NCBI GenBank assembly: GCA_017440465.1
Contig: JAFSHF010000022.1
Coordinates: forward strand, 159 to 64,158
Source of the DNA: Clostridia bacterium
GTDB lineage: Bacteria > Bacillota > Clostridia > Oscillospirales > QAKW01
Direction of reading: 5' to 3'
DNA: 64,000 bases
Part shown: positions 1 through 8,473 of the stretch, piece by piece
How positions within the stretch are numbered: position 1 is the first letter of the stretch
Layout of the letters: each line of letters opens with the position of its first letter
Translations under genes and position numbers: made by a program
The notes under the pieces: model-generated
Database searches by the model: none
What the model was told of the DNA's origin: nothing
Seen by the model: the letters and a program-made list of their open reading frames with translations, nothing else

Positions 1-2
1 CA

Positions 3-638
3 GAACTGGAACGTATCTTCCTCTATCTGTGCAATGTATCTTCTGAAATTGTTTCGATTGAAGCAATAACGAAAGAACTTAACGGCGTTTCACGTACAAC
101 GGTAGAAAATTATATCCAGTATCTTGAAAGTGCAAATCTTATATATCAAAGTTGGCCGGTAGATATGGCAGGTAAAAAAGTTCTCAAAGCCAGACCGAAA
201 ATCTATATTGCTGATGCAGCGATCCGAAATGCCGTTTTAATGGATGATTCTATCATGACTGATCCTGTGGGTATGGGCAAGGTTGTCGAAACCGCGGTGT
301 ATAAGCACGTAGCTGCTTTTTATTATCAGTTCGCAACATCGATTGGATATTTCCGTGGCGGTAAAAAGAACAAGGAAATAGATATCGTTGTAGATTATCC
401 TAATATTAGAAACATTTTAATTGAAGTTAAATATCGCGAGGGTGCTCCTATCGCAGATGATGATGCAATTGTTGAATTGTGTGAAGAAGCATCTGCCGGA
501 ATTATTGTCACAAAGGCCGCGTCTGATTTTGGTGTGCACAACACCCCCAGCGGAAAAGAATTGTTACGAATTCCCGCATTCGCCTTCCTCTATCTATTAG
601 GTAATGCTGAAAAGCATGGCTACCGCGGAATTGAATAA
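3..638 (+). CDS. AAA_14-type ATP-binding protein with DUF4143 C-terminal domain (5' truncated by window edge)
   Basis: Frame is open from base 3 (ELERIFLYLC...TVENYIQYLESANLIY) into KIYIAD...VVETAV...EIDIVV...IEVK, typical DUF4143 motifs. Confidence 0.8.
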   Translation, partial: ELERIFLYLCNVSSEIVSIEAITKELNGVSRTTVENYIQYLESANLIYQSWPVDMAGKKVLKARPKIYIADAAIRNAVLMDDSIMTDPVGMGKVVETAVYKHVAAFYYQFATSIGYFRGGKKNKEIDIVVDYPNIRNILIEVKYREGAPIADDDAIVELCEEASAGIIVTKAASDFGVHNTPSGKELLRIPAFAFLYLLGNAEKHGYRGIE

Positions 639-649
639 GTTTTACAAAC

Positions 650-675
650 GCTCCCGTGGGATTTCCCACGGGAGC
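650..675. terminator. GC-rich hairpin after the DUF4143 gene
   Basis: GCTCCCGTGGGA-TT-TCCCACGGGAGC inverted repeat; only a weak U-tract. Confidence 0.5.
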
Positions 676-682
676 TACTTAT

Positions 683-871
<189 letters not shown>

Positions 872-1050
872 AGATACTGCTCCCTTGACATCTTCTGACA
901 AATCTGCTACACTATAATCAAATTGACCACTATATCTTAGGCTCATATCTTTTTAAGATAAGTTCCGAAGGTGAGGTGTGTCAATTTTTCTTTTTTAAGC
1001 ACTGTTTATCGTACTTTAGTTGTGATATAATGCTCTCGAGAGGTGAGAAT

Positions 1051-1731
1051 ATGGAACGCATTAAAGCACTCGTTGAACTTTGCAAGGAGCAACCATTCAA
1101 CATTGATAAAATTCAAACATACCTTCTTGAAAATGAACTAAATAGTGAAGAAATTACGCGAGTAGCTATTGAGGTCTGTGAGTATGGCGATTTTTCTTAT
1201 AGCGATTTTAAATTTCAAAACAACAGAGAATCGCAACCACAAGAATTGATTACCTATAATTGGGAAAAACTATTTGACGTTTTTATTGAAAACGGTTTAG
1301 ATGCAAACCTCGTATTCTGTGATGATGGAATAAACCACGAAAACATTTTGCAATCCGTTCAATACTTTGATGATGGCGATTTGGGAGCAAGGGTTTTAAG
1401 AAATATTTTAACTAAAGGTGGAAATCCCAATATTTTGATTGATAACTATCCATTCTTTGCGGAAGTTGATTCGGATTTTATCATGGACATTCAGATGGGT
1501 TTATATCCTGAAAAGTGGCAAGTGGATAATGCCTTTCGGTTTTGGCTGGTTTTAATGGGCTTTGGCGGTGTTATAAAGGATGGTAAATGCCCCGTTCATT
1601 TGTGTCCCGGATACATTATAGACGCCTTCAAAGAGTTTGAAAAGTTTGACTATAAGATCCTTTACAAGAATAACGACTTCGAGTTGCAAATCTTTGACAT
1701 AGAAACCGGCAATATTATAGCCACTGTATAG
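1051..1731 (+). CDS. Hypothetical acidic protein (ankyrin-like GLDAN/GGNPN motifs)
   Basis: GAGGTGA RBS before ATG 1051, TGnTATAAT upstream; 226-aa ORF. Confidence 0.7.
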   Translation: MERIKALVELCKEQPFNIDKIQTYLLENELNSEEITRVAIEVCEYGDFSYSDFKFQNNRESQPQELITYNWEKLFDVFIENGLDANLVFCDDGINHENILQSVQYFDDGDLGARVLRNILTKGGNPNILIDNYPFFAEVDSDFIMDIQMGLYPEKWQVDNAFRFWLVLMGFGGVIKDGKCPVHLCPGYIIDAFKEFEKFDYKILYKNNDFELQIFDIETGNIIATV

Positions 1732-1757
1732 ATGAAATATATTTGTGAGGTGATAAA

Positions 1758-2390
1758 ATGAACCTTAAAAAAAGAGATTGTGGGGTCAAAATAAAGTTGA
1801 AGCCTTTAGGTGCATATTACTTAAGCGTGCATTTTGATTTTTATGGAAACGAAATCTCGTTTGAACCAAGTTCTGCAGTTGGTTTGCAATTCGGCGATTT
1901 TTTATGTGCATTATATACTTTGTATCGCGAAAACGGCGAAGGACATAGCGAATGGACACCACGAAAATATCATACGGAAAATGGTACCAATCACGTTATC
2001 GCTGTTTCTACAACTATTGATTGGGATAACGAAGGCGAAATCATGACCATTGAAATGACTAAACATTACGAAGGCGGGAAGATAAACGATCTCTTTTTCA
2101 GAATAACAACTGATTACGGTGAAACTTATACCGAGTTTTCTGTAAATGAAAAAGACTTTTGTTATGCAGTTGCAAAAGCCTGTACAGAAGTTTTAAAAGA
2201 ATACGGTTTTTATGGATATCGGTATTCAACCGAATATGATAGTTTTAATCTCAATCATTTAATATTCATAAAAGCATATGCATTAGATTGTTTAGAGGTA
2301 CGTGAATTTAAGAATACAACAAATAAACATACAAGTACCGGAAAAACGAATTTTAATAAAGAAATTGAATTACTCCTTTTCGATATGTAA
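1758..2390 (+). CDS. Hypothetical protein
   Basis: GAGGTGA RBS, 210-aa ORF followed by terminator. Confidence 0.7.
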   Translation: MNLKKRDCGVKIKLKPLGAYYLSVHFDFYGNEISFEPSSAVGLQFGDFLCALYTLYRENGEGHSEWTPRKYHTENGTNHVIAVSTTIDWDNEGEIMTIEMTKHYEGGKINDLFFRITTDYGETYTEFSVNEKDFCYAVAKACTEVLKEYGFYGYRYSTEYDSFNLNHLIFIKAYALDCLEVREFKNTTNKHTSTGKTNFNKEIELLLFDM

Positions 2391-2398
2391 GACCGTTC

Positions 2399-2427
2399 AG
2401 CCGAGCAGTTCCCTGCTCGGCTTTTTT
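2399..2427 (+). terminator. Intrinsic terminator
   Basis: AGCCGAGCAG-TTCC-CTGCTCGGCT-TTTTT. Confidence 0.8.
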
Positions 2428-2569
2428 ATCCGTTGAAAAGCGGCGGCATCTGTGTTATAATCAGTTCAATACTTTTCACTTCACCCGCGGTTTATTTTCC
2501 CCACTAAACCAACGGTAGGTGTGATTTTTGCTTTCCATGCGCTATACTGTAAACGAAAGGAGAACCTGT

Positions 2570-3178
2570 ATGGATCAAATTAAAATCGGAAAATTTATTG
2601 CCGCTTGCAGAAAAGAGCAACAGTTCACCCAACTGCAGCTGGCAGACAAGCTGGGAATCACCGATAAGGCAGTATCCAAATGGGAGCGGGGCATCGCCAT
2701 GCCCGATACGTCCATTATGCTGGACTTGTGTGAGATCCTGCAGATCAACGTCAATGAATTATTAAGTGGGGAGAAAATCACTATGGAAAACAAACATCAA
2801 AAAAATGAAGAGCTGATGCTCGATCTGGCGAAGGAGATCGCCCAAAAGAACAAAACCATCTGGACGACCATGTGGGTCATTCTGGCGGTAAGTATATTGG
2901 GGTTGCTCGGAGGCGCCGCCGCCGTATATTTCTTTGTACCGGAAGGGGTCTGGCAGGTGGTATCCGTTATCGGAATCTGCATCCTCTTTTTAGTGCCCTG
3001 TTTTTACGCATTAAAGCTGGAGGTCAGCGTGGGTGCCTATAAATGCAAAAACTGCGGGCACGAATTTGTACCCACCTATACGCAGGCATTGAACGCGATG
3101 CACACCGGCACCACCCGCCACCTGAAATGCCCCGAATGCAGCAAGCGCACCTGGTGCAAAAAAGTTTGGAAGAAATGA
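2570..3178 (+). CDS. XRE-family HTH regulator with two TM helices and C-terminal zinc ribbon
   Basis: IGKFIAACRKEQQFTQLQLADKLGITDKAVSKWERG HTH; hydrophobic segments; CKNC...CPEC; AAGGAG RBS. Confidence 0.85.
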   Translation: MDQIKIGKFIAACRKEQQFTQLQLADKLGITDKAVSKWERGIAMPDTSIMLDLCEILQINVNELLSGEKITMENKHQKNEELMLDLAKEIAQKNKTIWTTMWVILAVSILGLLGGAAAVYFFVPEGVWQVVSVIGICILFLVPCFYALKLEVSVGAYKCKNCGHEFVPTYTQALNAMHTGTTRHLKCPECSKRTWCKKVWKK

Positions 3179-3179
3179 C

Positions 3180-3215
3180 AAAAGCCGAGCAGAGTGAAAA
3201 CTCTGCTCGGCTTTT
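3180..3215. terminator. Bidirectional intrinsic terminator
   Basis: AAAAGCCGAGCAGAGT-GAAA-ACTCTGCTCGGCTTTT between convergent genes. Confidence 0.8.
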
Positions 3216-3306
3216 GTTATGCTATGTGGTCTAAACCATTTGTAAACTGCTCAAAGTCAAAATTGAAATCGATCTTCACCTCGGGTTATCTGCAAAGCGA
3301 TGAATA

Positions 3307-3684
3307 TCATGATATTTTTTCTTGTATTTCCAATATGACTTCCTCAGCAGTAATTTCAATACCTACGCCATCAAAGATTATTGAAATCACGTTCGAGACC
3401 TTAAAGTCAACCTCATATAACCATCTTACAACAACATCTAAATTTATATTGAATTGTTGTAATCCGTTGATATGAAAATGAAACAAGGTTTCGTCCTCAT
3501 AAGATTTTACTGTCACTTGAGCACTTTTTCCGTCACAGGAAATATATTCGAGACTCCAATCATGCAATCGATCCTTAGCATTGACCTCGCCAATGATTTC
3601 AGTGATATCAGTAATTTTTGTAATTTGGGTTTTGTGTTCTTTTTTATCACTGTCATTGAAAATCAGATATTCTTGAGTCCTCAT
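3307..3684 (-). CDS. Hypothetical protein
   Basis: 125-aa ORF, AAGGAG RBS inside the upstream gene end, last of a three-gene run. Confidence 0.65.
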   Translation of the reverse strand: MRTQEYLIFNDSDKKEHKTQITKITDITEIIGEVNAKDRLHDWSLEYISCDGKSAQVTVKSYEDETLFHFHINGLQQFNINLDVVVRWLYEVDFKVSNVISIIFDGVGIEITAEEVILEIQEKIS

Positions 3685-3687
3685 GTT

Positions 3688-3888
3688 CTATGCTCCTTTT
3701 TCGCTTTGTTCCGTTACTTCGCCGGTCAAAATATGACTTTTCAATGTGATAATTTTGCCGTCGCGACCAAAGACCCAAACGTTGACGGCAGGTTGTTCGT
3801 ACCATACATCCGTTTCTTTTTCGCCGTAATTTTCCAAATAATATTCGCGCAGGTTCTTTGCGAACCGTTCTTTATCAAAAATACTCAT
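3688..3888 (-). CDS. Small hypothetical protein (MSIFDKERF...)
   Basis: AGGAG RBS before ATG 3888; operon-like spacing. Confidence 0.65.
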   Translation of the reverse strand: MSIFDKERFAKNLREYYLENYGEKETDVWYEQPAVNVWVFGRDGKIITLKSHILTGEVTEQSEKGA

Positions 3889-3898
3889 TTCATCACTC

Positions 3899-4132
3899 CT
3901 ATCTGAATAATGATCTTGCAAACAAGAAAGCAAGAAATCCCCACCCCAAAAGGCAGTCGATCGACTCCCAATCAGCACCGCTGAAAATAAAATATATCAG
4001 CATATAGGCGACAATTACGATAACAACCCAACCGCAGCCAAAGTCGGGGCCGCACCCGCCACCGGATCCGCCGCTGCCGCCCGAACCACCGCTTGTGCTG
4101 TTGAAAGCGTGAAAATCATTCATATCAGGCAT
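3899..4132 (-). CDS. Small membrane protein with Gly/Ser-rich N-terminal linker
   Basis: SGGSGGSGGSGGG then two hydrophobic segments; AAGGGG RBS. Confidence 0.65.
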   Translation of the reverse strand: MPDMNDFHAFNSTSGGSGGSGGSGGGCGPDFGCGWVVIVIVAYMLIYFIFSGADWESIDCLLGWGFLAFLFARSLFR

Positions 4133-4157
4133 AATGCAACCCCTTTCTTCTTCATTG

Positions 4158-4198
4158 TCTGAATTTTAACACAGTTGCAGTCCGATAAAACGGACTTA
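4158..4198 (-). promoter_or_regulatory. Operator-like GTCC-N8-GGAC box plus extended -10 (copy 1)
   Basis: Minus strand TAAGTCCGTTTTATCGGAC-N8-TG-T-TAAAAT; 35/41 identical to 11263-11303. Confidence 0.65.
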
Positions 4199-4214
4199 TG
4201 TGCCCCAAAAACAG

Positions 4215-4250
4215 AAAAACCTCGATAAAAAAGTTTTTATCGAGGTTTTT
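4215..4250 (-). terminator. Intrinsic terminator after nicotinamidase-like gene
   Basis: AAAAACCTCGATAAAAA/TTTTTATCGAGGTTTTT inverted repeat. Confidence 0.75.
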
Positions 4251-4252
4251 GA

Positions 4253-4753
4253 TTATACCACGTCCACCTGACACATTTGCATGGTTTTTAAAGCAGCTTG
4301 GTGGCTCTCGGGGGTGACACCGGCACAGCAAGCGGAATCCACCTTCACCTGCGCGTCGGGGAATTGCGCTTTGATGATGAGCGCGTTGGAAACCACGCAG
4401 ATATCGGTGCAAAGACCGATCAACTCCACGCTTTCAAGCATTTCCTCATCCCAATGGGGCCACCCGAAATTGGGCTTGTCAATAATTTTTGCGCCCTCGA
4501 CGTAAAGACCGTCGGCAATCTCCCAACCTTTTGTGCCCTTGATGCAATGCGGAACAGGAAGATGTTTGCCCTCTGTGGTATCGAGATAATTCTCAAAATG
4601 GGTATCTCTTGTAAAAATAATCTCGTCGCCGTTTTGGGTGTATTCCTGAATCTTTGCCTTGACCTTGGGGACGATGGCAACCGCCTCCTTGGTGCCGAGT
4701 ACCATATCGATAAAATCGTTTTGCATATCGACGACGATCAATGTCTTTTTCAT
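4253..4753 (-). CDS. Nicotinamidase/isochorismatase-family cysteine hydrolase
   Basis: VDMQNDF, TRDTH, PHC, GLCTDICV motifs; GGAGG RBS; own TGGTATAAT promoter at 4787-4795. Confidence 0.88.
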   Translation of the reverse strand: MKKTLIVVDMQNDFIDMVLGTKEAVAIVPKVKAKIQEYTQNGDEIIFTRDTHFENYLDTTEGKHLPVPHCIKGTKGWEIADGLYVEGAKIIDKPNFGWPHWDEEMLESVELIGLCTDICVVSNALIIKAQFPDAQVKVDSACCAGVTPESHQAALKTMQMCQVDVV

Positions 4754-4884
4754 CATCAGACCTCCAATGTGCGTTTGGTTGGATTTATTATACCATACAT
4801 CGATAAAATTTTCTACCGCTATATTAACAAAAAATCGCGTATAGATTTTAATCATCTTTTGGCTGAAAGCGGAGAATTCTTTAT

Positions 4885-4933
4885 AAAAAAGCAAAAAATC
4901 AGCACCGTAAAGGTCATCCTTTCGGTACTGATT
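4885..4933 (-). terminator. Intrinsic terminator lying inside the reading frame of the small basic ORF
   Basis: Minus strand AATCAGTACCG-AAAGG-ATGA-CCTTT-A-CGGTGCTGATT then TTTTGCTTTTTT. Confidence 0.75.
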
Positions 4934-5071
4934 CTTTTTTCTGTTATATCGTTTGCGATTTGGGCGTTTGCGTGTGATGGGGTTCAGGCTGCCCCACGTT
5001 TTTCGTCTTCTGCTGTCTGCTTTTCTCTTTTCTTTCTTTGATGGTTTTTCGTATGCAATAAACCGTTCCAT
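4886..5071 (-). CDS. Small Lys/Arg-rich protein, putative ArfA/BrfA-like ribosome rescue factor; no stop codon before the terminator
   Basis: MERFIAYEKPSKKEKRKADSRRRKTWGSLNPITRKRPNRKRYNRKK; AAAGGA RBS; immediately downstream of rtcB; end coordinate is the terminator, not a stop. Confidence 0.6.
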
Positions 5072-5114
5072 TATCATTTTTCCTTTCTTCGCGCCGATCA
5101 GCATAGGCGGCGGA

Positions 5115-6323
5115 TCACTCCGCCGCCTTAAAGTTATAAATGGGTTTGATATGGGCAATGATTTCGGCGGTAGGCTCGATATTGGCAACGATCTCATCCA
5201 TATTCTTATATGCCATGGGGGACTCATCCTGCGTATTGGTATTGACACAGGTGGTGTAGATCCCCTCCATCTGCTTTTCATACTCTTCCATCGTCAGCCG
5301 CTCAAAAGCGGCAGAACGGGACATCAAACGGCCGGCACCGTGGGGCGCGGAAAAGTTCCAATCCGCGTTTCCCTTGCCGATGCAGATCAAACTTCCGTCC
5401 CGCATATTGATGGGGATCAACAGTTTCTCCCCTGCCTTTGCGGAAACAGAGCCCTTACGGAGAATCCTCTCCTCTACATCGATATAATTATGGATCGTCT
5501 GGAAGGTTTCGATTGCCTCAAGGCCGGTCTTTTGGAGCAAGATCTCCGCCATCTTCTCGCGGTTCCGCTTGGCAAATTGCTGGCAGATATTGATATCGTG
5601 CAGGTAATCCTCCATAAACTTGCCATAGAGGAAGCAAAGTTCGCGGGGCATGGTGGGCTCTTTGGCGTCCCACTCCCTTGCCATCTGCTTTAAGGTGGAT
5701 TGGATCTCGCTTCTGCGGCCCTGCTCCTTATAGGTACGGATGATCTCATCCCGCTTTTTGAAATACTCCTCCTTGCCGAGATTCAAGTCGACGGCGATGC
5801 CTTGATAAATTTCCGCCACTTGAGTACCGAGGTTTCGGCTGCCGGAATGGATGATCAAATACTTATTTCCATCCTCATCGGCATCGATCTCGATGAAATG
5901 GTTTCCGCCGCCCAAGGTACCAAGGCTTCTCTCCAGACGCTTGGAATGCTTCAGGCTTCGGTAGCAACGAAGCTTTGTCAGATCAAAGCGCTCTATTCTC
6001 CCCTCCCAGACATTTCTGCCGCAGGGAATGGTGTGTGCCGCGGCATCGAATGCCGCAAGATCGATATCGGTCTTACCCAGATTTACGGTATACATCCCGC
6101 ACCCGATATCCACACCGACCATATTGGGAACCACCTTATCCACAATGGTCATGGTGGTACCGATGGTACAGCCCTTTCCTGCGTGCACATCGGGCATAAT
6201 GCGGATCTTTGAATTGGCAAAAGCCTCCTCATTGCATACGGTTTCGATTTGCTCGTATGCGGTGGGCTCTAATGTATCTGTATAACATATGGCAGTATTA
6301 AACTTGCCTATAATCTCAATCAT
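5115..6323 (-). CDS. rtcB: RtcB family RNA ligase (3'-phosphate/2',3'-cyclic phosphate to 5'-OH)
   Basis: MPDVHAG, VGVDIGCGM, GTLGGGNHFIE, IHSGSR, SAPHGAGR, DESPMAYK motifs. Confidence 0.95.
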   Translation of the reverse strand: MIEIIGKFNTAICYTDTLEPTAYEQIETVCNEEAFANSKIRIMPDVHAGKGCTIGTTMTIVDKVVPNMVGVDIGCGMYTVNLGKTDIDLAAFDAAAHTIPCGRNVWEGRIERFDLTKLRCYRSLKHSKRLERSLGTLGGGNHFIEIDADEDGNKYLIIHSGSRNLGTQVAEIYQGIAVDLNLGKEEYFKKRDEIIRTYKEQGRRSEIQSTLKQMAREWDAKEPTMPRELCFLYGKFMEDYLHDINICQQFAKRNREKMAEILLQKTGLEAIETFQTIHNYIDVEERILRKGSVSAKAGEKLLIPINMRDGSLICIGKGNADWNFSAPHGAGRLMSRSAAFERLTMEEYEKQMEGIYTTCVNTNTQDESPMAYKNMDEIVANIEPTAEIIAHIKPIYNFKAAE

Positions 6324-6338
6324 AATATTCTTCCTTTC

Positions 6339-6370
6339 AAAAAAAGAGGCGAGAAATGAATCCCACCCCT
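6339..6370 (-). terminator. Terminator/attenuator-like hairpin between DUF2828 gene and rtcB
   Basis: AGGGGTGGGA-TTCATT-TCTCGCCTCT (3 G-U pairs) followed by T-run just before the rtcB RBS. Confidence 0.55.
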
Positions 6371-6376
6371 AAAAAT

Positions 6377-7876
6377 TTATGCCGCTATTTTCTCGTACCG
6401 TTCGCCGCAAAGCACCTCCAGCATGATCTGGTAAGGGGTTGCAGCGGATACATTGCCTTCTGCAATCATCGAGAACAAGCGCGGCGTGCAGCCGGAAACC
6501 AGCGCAACACCTTGTTCATTTTTAGAAACAGGCTGTTGGCGGTTGCGGCTGGCAACATTCCAGAACACCACCTCAGGAAGCTTATAACCGGCCGCCACGA
6601 ATTTTTTCTTCGCATTATTGAAGTTGGTAGTACCCGCATTTTTTACACACGCATTAAACTCCATATCGGAGATAATGATGAGTTTATCGGGCAGTTCTGA
6701 CTGTGGCAGGTTGTTGTTAACTGCCGCATTCAAAACAAGGTCGAAAACAGCTTCTATATTCGTATCTGCGATCTCATTGAAAGAGCAGATATATTGCAGC
6801 TTTTCTGCAAAAGTATCGCCTTTGATTTCAATGAGTTCCGGCTTACTTGAAAACTCAATAAAATGGTTTTTAAACACACCGGTATTATGTTCTGCAAAGT
6901 AAATGCCAAGAGATAATGCAACTGCAGCAGGAAGAGGCTTTGCATCGCAATACATCGAACCGGAAGTGTCGATAACGGCGAGTGCATTGGCCTCACTGCC
7001 AAAAGCGGGAAGTGCTTCCCAAGTAGCATTGAGGCTCTTTTTTTCTTCCGCGGTTATTTGCTTCATAAATGAATGGTGACCGTTATACCAATAAGGAGTC
7101 AAGTAGGGTTCCACAAGCTCGTAGGGGGCGAGCGTAGAGGCGTTTAACTTTGCCTCACCGGAGGACACGCTATTCAAAAAGGTGTTGTACCGTTCCGCGT
7201 CGTTGCGCGCAAAGGCGTTGCGGTATTTGAACATCGCCTTGGAGGGTTGCTTTTCGTAGTCAAAGGTATAATCCTTCTCCCGAAGGTTATTCTCGATGAT
7301 CCGAATCTGCCCACGCAGGCGGGTAAGGGTTTGGCGGTAGGTCTTATCGTCCATCCCGAGATATCGTGCGATCTTCTTTGCGGTCTTGACCGTTTCGGCA
7401 TTGGATGCATTGACCGAAGGCAGCCATTTTCCGAGCAAAGACACCTCTTCCCCGTTGTTCATCGCAGAAATATCGCGATGCAACTGTTCGCGGATCAGGG
7501 AAAGCATCTCCTTCTCAACCGGAGTGCCAAACAGGACCAGCAGGTCATCGTAGCGACCGTATTCTGCGATGTAGGCAAGGTTTTTGCGCACAGTATTGGG
7601 CTCATTTTGCGCCAACCATTTCAGAATGACGCGAAACACCTTCCGCTCGCCAAGGCCGCCCCGAATATCGCGGGCGAAGAACAGAAGCTTCATGGCAATA
7701 TCCTTATCTTCTGTATAAGCACGCATAAAACGGGCGATGATCTCATCGTCGCTTTGGCGGCGAAGGGCGCCGACGGTGGCAAACAGATCCAGGCAATCCG
7801 AGAGAGTCGATTGAAGGGTCGCCGCACCGTTTTCGGTGAAGGTTTTATTGGATTCTTGTTTTAAGTATTGCAGCAT
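6377..7876 (-). CDS. DUF2828-family TROVE/Ro60-like protein with C-terminal vWA domain
   Basis: TENGA, LDLF, RDIRGGLGER, YGRYDDL, KWLPS, MIDAS DTSGSM, IISDMEF, VFWNV, LVSG motifs; AGGAG RBS before ATG 7876. Confidence 0.88.
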   Translation of the reverse strand: MLQYLKQESNKTFTENGAATLQSTLSDCLDLFATVGALRRQSDDEIIARFMRAYTEDKDIAMKLLFFARDIRGGLGERKVFRVILKWLAQNEPNTVRKNLAYIAEYGRYDDLLVLFGTPVEKEMLSLIREQLHRDISAMNNGEEVSLLGKWLPSVNASNAETVKTAKKIARYLGMDDKTYRQTLTRLRGQIRIIENNLREKDYTFDYEKQPSKAMFKYRNAFARNDAERYNTFLNSVSSGEAKLNASTLAPYELVEPYLTPYWYNGHHSFMKQITAEEKKSLNATWEALPAFGSEANALAVIDTSGSMYCDAKPLPAAVALSLGIYFAEHNTGVFKNHFIEFSSKPELIEIKGDTFAEKLQYICSFNEIADTNIEAVFDLVLNAAVNNNLPQSELPDKLIIISDMEFNACVKNAGTTNFNNAKKKFVAAGYKLPEVVFWNVASRNRQQPVSKNEQGVALVSGCTPRLFSMIAEGNVSAATPYQIMLEVLCGERYEKIAA

Positions 7877-7913
7877 AAAGCTCACTCCTTTTCAGATAAA
7901 ATGTTAAAATAAT

Positions 7914-7993
7914 CAAGGCACCATGATACAACGCGCAAAGGCGCATCAATATTGAAATTGGAAACATCATATACGATTGCTGTTCGTGCCTTT
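7914..7993 (-). ncRNA. Array unit 8 (distal)
   Basis: AAAGGCACGAACAGCAA...GTGCCTTG. Confidence 0.7.
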
Positions 7994-8070
7994 TGGTTTG
8001 ACCCGAGTGGGAGTCGAACCCACCGTCACGGGGATTTCGAGTCCCCACTCGGCCGCTGAGCTACGGGTCA
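7994..8070 (-). tRNA. tRNA-like element, anticodon CGA (Ser-like but short variable loop), ends AACCA
   Basis: TGACCCG TA GCTC-AGCGGCC-GAGT GGGGA-CTCGAAA-TCCCC GTGAC GGTGGG-TTCGACT-CCCACT CGGGTCA AACCA. Confidence 0.6.
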
Positions 8071-8076
8071 TATAAA

Positions 8077-8156
8077 CAAGGTGCTCGGCAGATTCCCACC
8101 TGCCATAGTTTTATAGGATTACGCCTCGCGGAAGAAACAATGCTGCAAGCACCTTT
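8077..8156 (-). ncRNA. Array unit 7
   Basis: AAAGGTGCTTGCAGCAT...GAGCACCTTG; internal GGCAGG-TGGGAA-TCTGCC hairpin. Confidence 0.65.
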
Positions 8157-8164
8157 GTCAGCAA

Positions 8165-8270
8165 CAAGACACCATTTAAAAACATGATAATCGTTTGATA
8201 ACGACCACTTCTGTCCTCATGTCAAAGATAATAATCGATACTTTATAAAAATCTTGCTGTTGGTGTCTTT
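8165..8270 (-). ncRNA. Array unit 6
   Basis: AAAGACACCAACAGCAA...TGGTGTCTTG (9-bp closing stem). Confidence 0.7.
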
Positions 8271-8368
8271 GGGGATAAGGAAGAGTATCGTTGAATTTTA
8301 AGGTGCCCCTTAAGCAATGAGCTTCGATAAGTTTTCATTGTAACGATCCTCTTTTTTATGACCCCTTC

Positions 8369-8448
8369 TTCGCTGCATGCGGGGAATCGAACCCCGCGCA
8401 ACTCCTGCCCCGAAAGCAAGCGCCTATCCTTAGGCCATATGCAGCGAA
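8369..8448 (-). tRNA. tRNA-like element, anticodon TCG (Arg-like), extended acceptor stem, no encoded CCA
   Basis: TTCGCTGCAT ATG GCCT-AAGGAT-AGGC G CTTGC-TTTCGGG-GCAGG AGTTGC GCGGGG-TTCGATT-CCCCGC ATGCAGCGAA. Confidence 0.6.
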
Positions 8449-8473
8449 TGGATGAAGGAATCGTTGAAGAAAA

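Noticed and set aside
4253-5281. 342-aa fused ORF as a single protein
   Set aside because: 5' part overlaps rtcB out of frame; an internal terminator, a separate promoter and a GGAGG RBS show two genes in the same frame
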